This document shows, in pieces, positions 26,063 through 31,550 of a stretch of DNA of 31,550 nucleotides. Position 1 is the first letter of the stretch, and each line of letters begins with the position of its first letter. A model generated the notes under the pieces. The model ran no database searches. It was not told the DNA's origin and saw only the letters and a list, made by a program, of their open reading frames with translations. The translations under genes were made by a program, and so were the position numbers. Source of the stretch: Candidatus Rifleibacteriota bacterium (GTDB lineage Bacteria > Muiribacteriota > Ozemobacteria > Ozemobacterales > Ozemobacteraceae); contig JADFYG010000068.1 of NCBI GenBank assembly GCA_015233155.1, positions 1-31,550 on the forward strand, read 5' to 3'.

Positions 26063-29000
26063 TTAACTATTTAGTATCTTGTTCAGCACATCTTTTAGTG
26101 CGTCAATATCATAGGGTTTATTCAGACAGGCTTTAAATCCCTGGGAGATATAATTCGCTAATGCCGCATCATCAGTGTAGCCACTTGATACAATGGCCTT
26201 GACCTGCGGATCTATTTTAAGCAATTGCTGAACGGTTTCTACGCCGCCCATCCCGCCCCGGATCGTGAGATCCAGGATGACAATGTCAAAAAGAGTTCCC
26301 ATATCAATAGCATGCTTATACTTTTCCAGGGCCTCCTGGCCGTTTCGCGCAACCTCCACGTCATGACCAAGCATGGAAAGCAGTTCACTGCTCATATCCC
26401 TGATGGCTGCCTCATCGTCCATCACGAGGACTTTTGATTTTCTCGATTGGGAAAGCTGTGGCCGCGTTTCTGTGACTTCTTTCCGTGGTTGCCCCGCAAT
26501 CGCGGGAAGATAGATCATAAACGTCGATCCTACGCCTGATTTTGAAATGACATCTATCATACCTCCGTGATTCTTGATGATTGAATAGGAGGTCGCAAGA
26601 CCCAGTCCGTTCCCACGTTCCTTGGTTGTAAAATAGGGGTCAAATATTTTGGTCAGATACTGTTCCGGTATCCCGATACCAGTGTCCTGGATACTCACTG
26701 CGATATAGTTCCCCCGCTGAAGTCCTGGAGGCAGCGATGTATTGCCCTCACTAATATTCGCAGCGGTAATACTGATCGTGCCACCGACCGGCATGGCCTG
26801 GTCAGCGTTCAACACGATGTTCTGAATTACCTGGCCGATTTGGCCCGCATCGGCTTCCGCCTGCCATAGGTCTTCCGGGATGGTCGGGCGGAAATCGGTA
26901 CGGGACCCGCTCAACATAAATTTTGCGGAGTTTTCAATGACTGTCCGGAGATCAATTCGTTTCTTGAACGGCTTGCCTCCCTTGGAAAAGGTCAAAAGCT
27001 GGTTTGTCAGATTAATCGTCTGATGAAGAGCTTTTTCCGCTTGTTCCAGAGAGTCTGTGCATTTTTCTTTGTTACCTATTGTCATTTTTGCCAGAGAGAT
27101 GTAGCCGAACACTCCCTGAAGCAGATTGTTAAAGTCATGAGCGATGCCGCCCGCAAGTGTGCCTATGGACTCAAGCTTCTGAGCCCTCAGAGACTGTTCT
27201 TCGAGCCGTTTCCGGTCTGTGATATCTATCGTGTATCCGGCCAGAAGAGTTCTTCCGCCCTGGACGATCGGAAATTTCATTGTAGTATAGTATTTCCCAT
27301 TCAATTCCTCGTCCAGTTCAACCATTTCACCGCGAGAAACTACCGCCCAGTCGTCAGCTGAAATCTTAGCTGCGAATTCTGCCGGAAATAGCTCTTCCAT
27401 GGTCTTGCCTGCTATTTGCGAACCCCGGAGGCCAATCATTTGACTAAAATTTTCGCTGGCCTGAATCACACGACTCTCTATTGCAGTCACTTCTTTGATA
27501 TAGACATAAATTGGCGAATAATGCATAAACAGAGCAAACATTTCATTGGCCTGACGCAGGGCCTGCTCGGCCTGATCCCGCTCGGTGATGTCGGCAATGG
27601 ACCCGATAACAATCTGTTGCGGGCATATCCGCAGAGACGTACTACAGTGTCTTGTGCCTTTCTGTTTATTCAGCATTTTAAATTCAAAATTAGACACGCT
27701 ACCGTTCTCTTTAAGCATGCAAACCATCTTCTCGCGCTCTTTCGGGTCTTCCCACAGTATTACTGAGGGTTTTCCCAGAGTCTCCTCCCTCGTCCTGCCG
27801 ACGAGATCAAGAAATTTTTTGTTTACATCCAGGGTCTCCGATCCGTCAAGCCTTGATCGAAACATTGCAATTTCAGCATTGTCGAAAAGGTAGCGGAACT
27901 TCTCTTCGCTCACACGTAACGTTTCTTCTGCACGCTTGCGGTCCGTTATTTCGCGGAAGATTCCAACCAGGCACTGTTTTCCGCCAAGGACCGCGCTGGT
28001 TGAATTGACATCGCAATAGATGACGGAGCCGTCTTTTTTCAGCATGGGGATGTCCGGCGCCAGCGAGATCTCACCGCGCACCTGGCGTTCGAAGAGGTCC
28101 AGGATGCGCGACAGATCCTCTCGCGGATGCATGTCCTCAACGCGCAGTTTAAGAAGCTCGTCGCGGGAATAACCTAACATGTCGCTGATGGCTTTGTTTG
28201 CTTCGATATTCTTCTTCTGCGCAGGGTCGGCAATCATGATTCCATCGATTGCGTTTTCGAAGACAGTCCGGAAACGAACTTCGGAATCCTTCTGATCAGA
28301 TATATCCATGGAGACACCAATGAGTCCAACAACTTTGCCTTTTTCGTCGAATCGCGGAATAAAGTGGTTGCTCCAATATATGCCTTTTAGCCGGATTTCA
28401 GCGCTAAACTCCTCGCCGGCCAAACCACGCCGAAGAAATGCAAGCGCCTCGGGATCATTCTTATAGACTTCAAACGCGGATTGGCCTACCAGTTCTCCCG
28501 CTTTCAGGTCCAGCTGAGCCAGGGCAGCGCCTTCTGAAAGCAGAATTGTTCCGGAAGCGTCCAGATCCCACATGATCGCTGAAATCGCTGAAATAACGGA
28601 ACGAAGGTGCCTTTCTTTCTCACGCAGCGAAACCTCTTTCTGCTTATGCTCGGTGATGTCTGTAAAAGTTCTGACAAACCCTTTTTGGGGCAACGGGTTG
28701 TGTGTCAGTCTGCACCAGCGGAGCTCGCCTTTTATCAGTTGTATAAATTCGAATTCGAATGTAGTCGGCTCGTCGAGATTATAAATGGCGCGATTCAGCA
28801 TTTGCTGATCTTGTCCGGTTACTTCAGCCCATATTTTTAATATTTCCCGGAAATCGACACCCACGTTGACCGTACCGGCCGGAAGCTGGAATATTTCTTC
28901 GAAATGTCGATTGAACGCCAGTGTGCGATAATCAGGTCCGACAACAACCATACCTTGAGTGATGTTGTCCAGAACAATGTTCAGGACATCCGTTTGTTGG

Positions 29001-29092
29001 GGGAAGTAATTCTTGTCGAACGACTTACTGTTGCCCTCAGAGTTCCCGGTCATTGTAATCTCCTGATATGGTAGGTCCATTGATTGCTGCAA
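26063..29092 (-). CDS. Cytoplasmic multi-PAS hybrid sensor histidine kinase (about 5 PAS/PAC, HisKA, HATPase_c, C-terminal REC).
   Basis: No TM segments are present. Repeated PAS/PAC units each end ...DITERK/DITDRKRAEE. The H-box is GIAHDFNNLL. The ATPase boxes read NIVLNADQAM, DTGIGIP and GNGLGL. The receiver domain has VLVMDDE...ILDLTI...CLNKP. The gene ends 194 nt upstream of the MVP start. Confidence 0.9.
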   Translation of the reverse strand: MQQSMDLPYQEITMTGNSEGNSKSFDKNYFPQQTDVLNIVLDNITQGMVVVGPDYRTLAFNRHFEEIFQLPAGTVNVGVDFREILKIWAEVTGQDQQMLNRAIYNLDEPTTFEFEFIQLIKGELRWCRLTHNPLPQKGFVRTFTDITEHKQKEVSLREKERHLRSVISAISAIMWDLDASGTILLSEGAALAQLDLKAGELVGQSAFEVYKNDPEALAFLRRGLAGEEFSAEIRLKGIYWSNHFIPRFDEKGKVVGLIGVSMDISDQKDSEVRFRTVFENAIDGIMIADPAQKKNIEANKAISDMLGYSRDELLKLRVEDMHPREDLSRILDLFERQVRGEISLAPDIPMLKKDGSVIYCDVNSTSAVLGGKQCLVGIFREITDRKRAEETLRVSEEKFRYLFDNAEIAMFRSRLDGSETLDVNKKFLDLVGRTREETLGKPSVILWEDPKEREKMVCMLKENGSVSNFEFKMLNKQKGTRHCSTSLRICPQQIVIGSIADITERDQAEQALRQANEMFALFMHYSPIYVYIKEVTAIESRVIQASENFSQMIGLRGSQIAGKTMEELFPAEFAAKISADDWAVVSRGEMVELDEELNGKYYTTMKFPIVQGGRTLLAGYTIDITDRKRLEEQSLRAQKLESIGTLAGGIAHDFNNLLQGVFGYISLAKMTIGNKEKCTDSLEQAEKALHQTINLTNQLLTFSKGGKPFKKRIDLRTVIENSAKFMLSGSRTDFRPTIPEDLWQAEADAGQIGQVIQNIVLNADQAMPVGGTISITAANISEGNTSLPPGLQRGNYIAVSIQDTGIGIPEQYLTKIFDPYFTTKERGNGLGLATSYSIIKNHGGMIDVISKSGVGSTFMIYLPAIAGQPRKEVTETRPQLSQSRKSKVLVMDDEAAIRDMSSELLSMLGHDVEVARNGQEALEKYKHAIDMGTLFDIVILDLTIRGGMGGVETVQQLLKIDPQVKAIVSSGYTDDAALANYISQGFKACLNKPYDIDALKDVLNKILNS

Positions 29093-29522
29093 GATTGAAC
29101 GAAGTCATTTCCAGCTTCCAAAGCGCTTTCGAAGAAGCTACATATAAATGGGAACGGCAAAGAAAGCTGTTGGCTGAACTTTTCCCGATGCCACTAATTT
29201 TATCATGGGTAATCATCAGACTTCGAACAATTTTATACCTCCACAGGGCAAACGCAGTAAAGTTCTGAAGAGTCATATGATATAGTATTATCCGGTCCAC
29301 AATATTTGAATAAATTATAGAGATTTTATTGCTGGCATTCGCAATGACAAATCGGGAGGCATAATGATGCGACATCTAACCCCTCACCAGTACACAAATC
29401 GCAGGAATCATTTAACCCGGGCATCGCAAAAATTCGCTGGATACCTCAGTTTATCCTGTCGCACTTCCGTATTGACAGCGAAGTCGCCACATTTAAGTTA
29501 TTGGAATATTCCATCGTGGCCA

Positions 29523-31550
29523 ATGTCTCAAAACTTTTTCCGTTCCATGCTTGTTTTATTCTCACTCCTCTTATGTAGTGTTCTGTCGTCACCAGTTCCG
29601 GTAATGGCTGCGGATACTGCGACCGACGCGTCTAAAATCGGGGAAAAGTTTCTGGGTGAGCGAGTCAGGTACATTCCTTTCACTGATATGAGAGAAATTC
29701 TAGATGGCACGTCAAAGGGCCTCTTTTTGCCCCGCGATGTGTACGAGACAATGAAAGAAGCCAAGGACGCCTTTATTGCCCGCGGGCCACGAAGTCCGAT
29801 TTCCCAGCTCCCCCAGGATATTTCGTGGGGAAGGGCAGAGTACCGCGGAACGGTTCGCGATCAATGGGGCAGCTTTGAAGCCGAGTATCTGATCGACCTT
29901 CCGAACGAGCGGTGGGTTGAAGTAACTCTGCCCGGCGGAGACATAGCGATCGAATCGATATCAGTCGATGACAAGCCGGCCGGTGGAGTAATCGAAGCCT
30001 TCAGCGGCATTCAGGATAATGAGGCTCCTAAAAGCAGCATTACAGCGATGCAGAACAGCTTTATGAGCCGGCGGGCAGGAAAAAAAGAGGCATCCTTCAA
30101 GCGTCAGAGCTGCTCCGGAGATTATCGCCTTGTTCTTCGCGGCCCTGGGCGTCATCATGTTGTGGTCAGGTTTGTAGCCGCGCGTATCGACGATCCCGCT
30201 CGTGATGAACTTACCTTCCGCATTCCACGCGTGCCGATGAACTCTTTCCATGTGAAGATTTCGGAACCGGGCGTGTTTGCTCAGATAGATCGTGCTGAAG
30301 GCGCGATTTCGACGGATCTGAAAGATCAGGGAACAGAAATTTCGGGAAATCTCGGCCCGACTGACAGGTTCAGCCTGCGATGGGCACCTCGCATTCAGCC
30401 TGCGGTACCGCCGGCGCCTTCCGCAAATGACACTGGAACAACCGCTTCAGCAAGCATTATTGTACCGGTTCCGAAAAAGGTCGAGGAGCCTCCTAAACTT
30501 TTTGCCGACAGCTTCATCCTGCTTTCGTTCGGGGAAGGATTCATCCGGAGCGAGGAACTCGTGCGGGTGAATATCACCCGTTCCCCGGTGGGAGCCATCA
30601 ATCTCGCGATTCCGAGCGGAACTGAAATCCTGGATGTTCGTGGCGATCGCCTTGAATCCTTCAGAGTCGAGCAGACCTCGTCCGGCAGCCGCCTCGTTTG
30701 TATTCTAAATGCCCGCGTACAGGCGATTGTTGAACTGTCTATCGTAGCTGAAACCAGGATGAGCGATACGAGCGGGGTCGCGAAGGCACCGATTCATCGT
30801 GTCGAAGGCGTTGAACGGGATCGCGGATACATTGGTGTCGAAGCTCGCACCTCGATAGAAATCAGACGCCGGGAAGGGGGGACCCCGGCGGAGGAAGCTT
30901 CGTCAAGCATGTCTCTCGGTGCTGCTGTTTCACCTGTCGATGTAAGCGAATTGCCTGTCGAGGTTACAGGCCGTGCCACTCGCCCGTTGCTGCTTGCCTG
31001 GAGATACCAGGACCCCATTCTTGCGGGGCGCATCGCGGTAGATGTGGTGCGTCACGGTGATATTGCGGTACTGAATTCCGTTATAGATTCAATCGACGCC
31101 GTCAGTGTTCTGGCTATCGATAAAACTTCGGTGTCGTGTCTCGACATGCAGGTGAAAAATAACGGACGGCAGTATCTGGAAGCAAGGCTGCCGAAAGGCT
31201 CAGAATTGATTTCCGCAAGCGTGGATGGCTCTCCGGTAAAGGCGTCCTCACGCGGACAAGATGGATATCTGATCCCGCTGATATATTCTCGCAGTAACGG
31301 AGCGGAGTTGACGGCTTTCGGTGTGCGCATTCTTTATCGCACTCCTGTTCCGGAAATGAAGAATGTAACTCTCCTGAATATTCCTTTGCCACTGCTCAGC
31401 CTGACCGCATCCCGCCTAACCTGGGATCTATTCGCGTCGCCGGATCAGTGTGATCAATACGCACTTCAAGACCTTCGCGACTCTCAATGGCAAACCATCC
31501 CTTCTGCCGTTCGATTGTACCTTCCTGACCAATGCGCCTCAAACGAGGTA
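29523..31550 (+). CDS. Large secreted hypothetical protein, 3'-truncated by the window edge (more than 675 aa). It is not on the ORF track because no stop lies within the window.
   Basis: An uninterrupted reading frame runs from the ATG at about 29523 to the window end. The N-terminus MSQNFFRSMLVLFSLLLCSVLSSPVPVMAADT is a signal peptide. The product is beta-rich with no recognisable catalytic motifs. The 78 aa minus-strand ORF 29528-29764 is antisense to it and rejected. Confidence 0.6.
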   Translation, partial: MSQNFFRSMLVLFSLLLCSVLSSPVPVMAADTATDASKIGEKFLGERVRYIPFTDMREILDGTSKGLFLPRDVYETMKEAKDAFIARGPRSPISQLPQDISWGRAEYRGTVRDQWGSFEAEYLIDLPNERWVEVTLPGGDIAIESISVDDKPAGGVIEAFSGIQDNEAPKSSITAMQNSFMSRRAGKKEASFKRQSCSGDYRLVLRGPGRHHVVVRFVAARIDDPARDELTFRIPRVPMNSFHVKISEPGVFAQIDRAEGAISTDLKDQGTEISGNLGPTDRFSLRWAPRIQPAVPPAPSANDTGTTASASIIVPVPKKVEEPPKLFADSFILLSFGEGFIRSEELVRVNITRSPVGAINLAIPSGTEILDVRGDRLESFRVEQTSSGSRLVCILNARVQAIVELSIVAETRMSDTSGVAKAPIHRVEGVERDRGYIGVEARTSIEIRRREGGTPAEEASSSMSLGAAVSPVDVSELPVEVTGRATRPLLLAWRYQDPILAGRIAVDVVRHGDIAVLNSVIDSIDAVSVLAIDKTSVSCLDMQVKNNGRQYLEARLPKGSELISASVDGSPVKASSRGQDGYLIPLIYSRSNGAELTAFGVRILYRTPVPEMKNVTLLNIPLPLLSLTASRLTWDLFASPDQCDQYALQDLRDSQWQTIPSAVRLYLPDQCASNEV

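Noticed and set aside
29037-29375. A 112 aa minus-strand ORF upstream of the histidine kinase.
   Set aside because: It overlaps the HK start codon region and an AT-rich promoter-like intergenic stretch. The translation is Ile/Asn/Ser-rich, typical of AT-rich noise.
1-31550. A scan for CRISPR arrays, tRNA/rRNA genes, and integrase or transposase genes.
   Set aside because: I found no regularly spaced direct repeats. I found no tRNA-like cloverleaf candidates; the GGTTCGATTTGCC at about 4810 is inside a CDS. No rRNA-like stretches or recombinase motifs were found by eye. The only repeat family detected is the two-copy MITE-like element.

Overview
This 31.5 kb window is bacterial chromosomal DNA with moderate GC and dense coding on both strands. 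About 25 genes are supportable.

Ordinary content:
- A partial dienelactone hydrolase gene and an overlapping radical SAM/SPASM maturase-like gene.
- An ECF sigma factor with a zf-HC2 anti-sigma factor, divergent from a secreted VIT+vWA protein.
- A two-gene ABC exporter operon, transketolase, uridine kinase, a PAP2/sphingomyelin-synthase-like membrane protein, a secreted HExxH metalloprotease and a frameshifted outer-membrane beta-barrel gene.

Three things stand out:
1. A full-length bacterial homolog of eukaryotic major vault protein (MVP; about 847 aa) has MVP-type N-terminal repeats, an SPFH-like shoulder and a long cap-helix coiled coil. It sits directly downstream of a cytoplasmic five-PAS hybrid histidine kinase and 9 nt upstream of a RadC-like JAB/MPN gene plus a secreted hypothetical gene.
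2. A DUF350 plus large-protein operon encodes a very unusual protein. It has a signal peptide, then three tandem Hedgehog/intein-type Hint autoprocessing domains (Gly-Cys start, TxxH block, His-Asn end), then one TM helix and two Tim44/NTF2-like cytoplasmic domains.
3. A roughly 150 bp GC-rich hairpin element bounded by 15 bp AT-rich terminal inverted repeats (TTAATTCTC core) occurs twice in inverted orientation, at about 6.0 kb and about 14.7 kb. One copy is flanked by a 15-16 bp direct repeat, as a MITE or structured leader RNA would be.

Manually derived internal coordinates may be off by 1-2 nt; ORF-track coordinates were used wherever possible.
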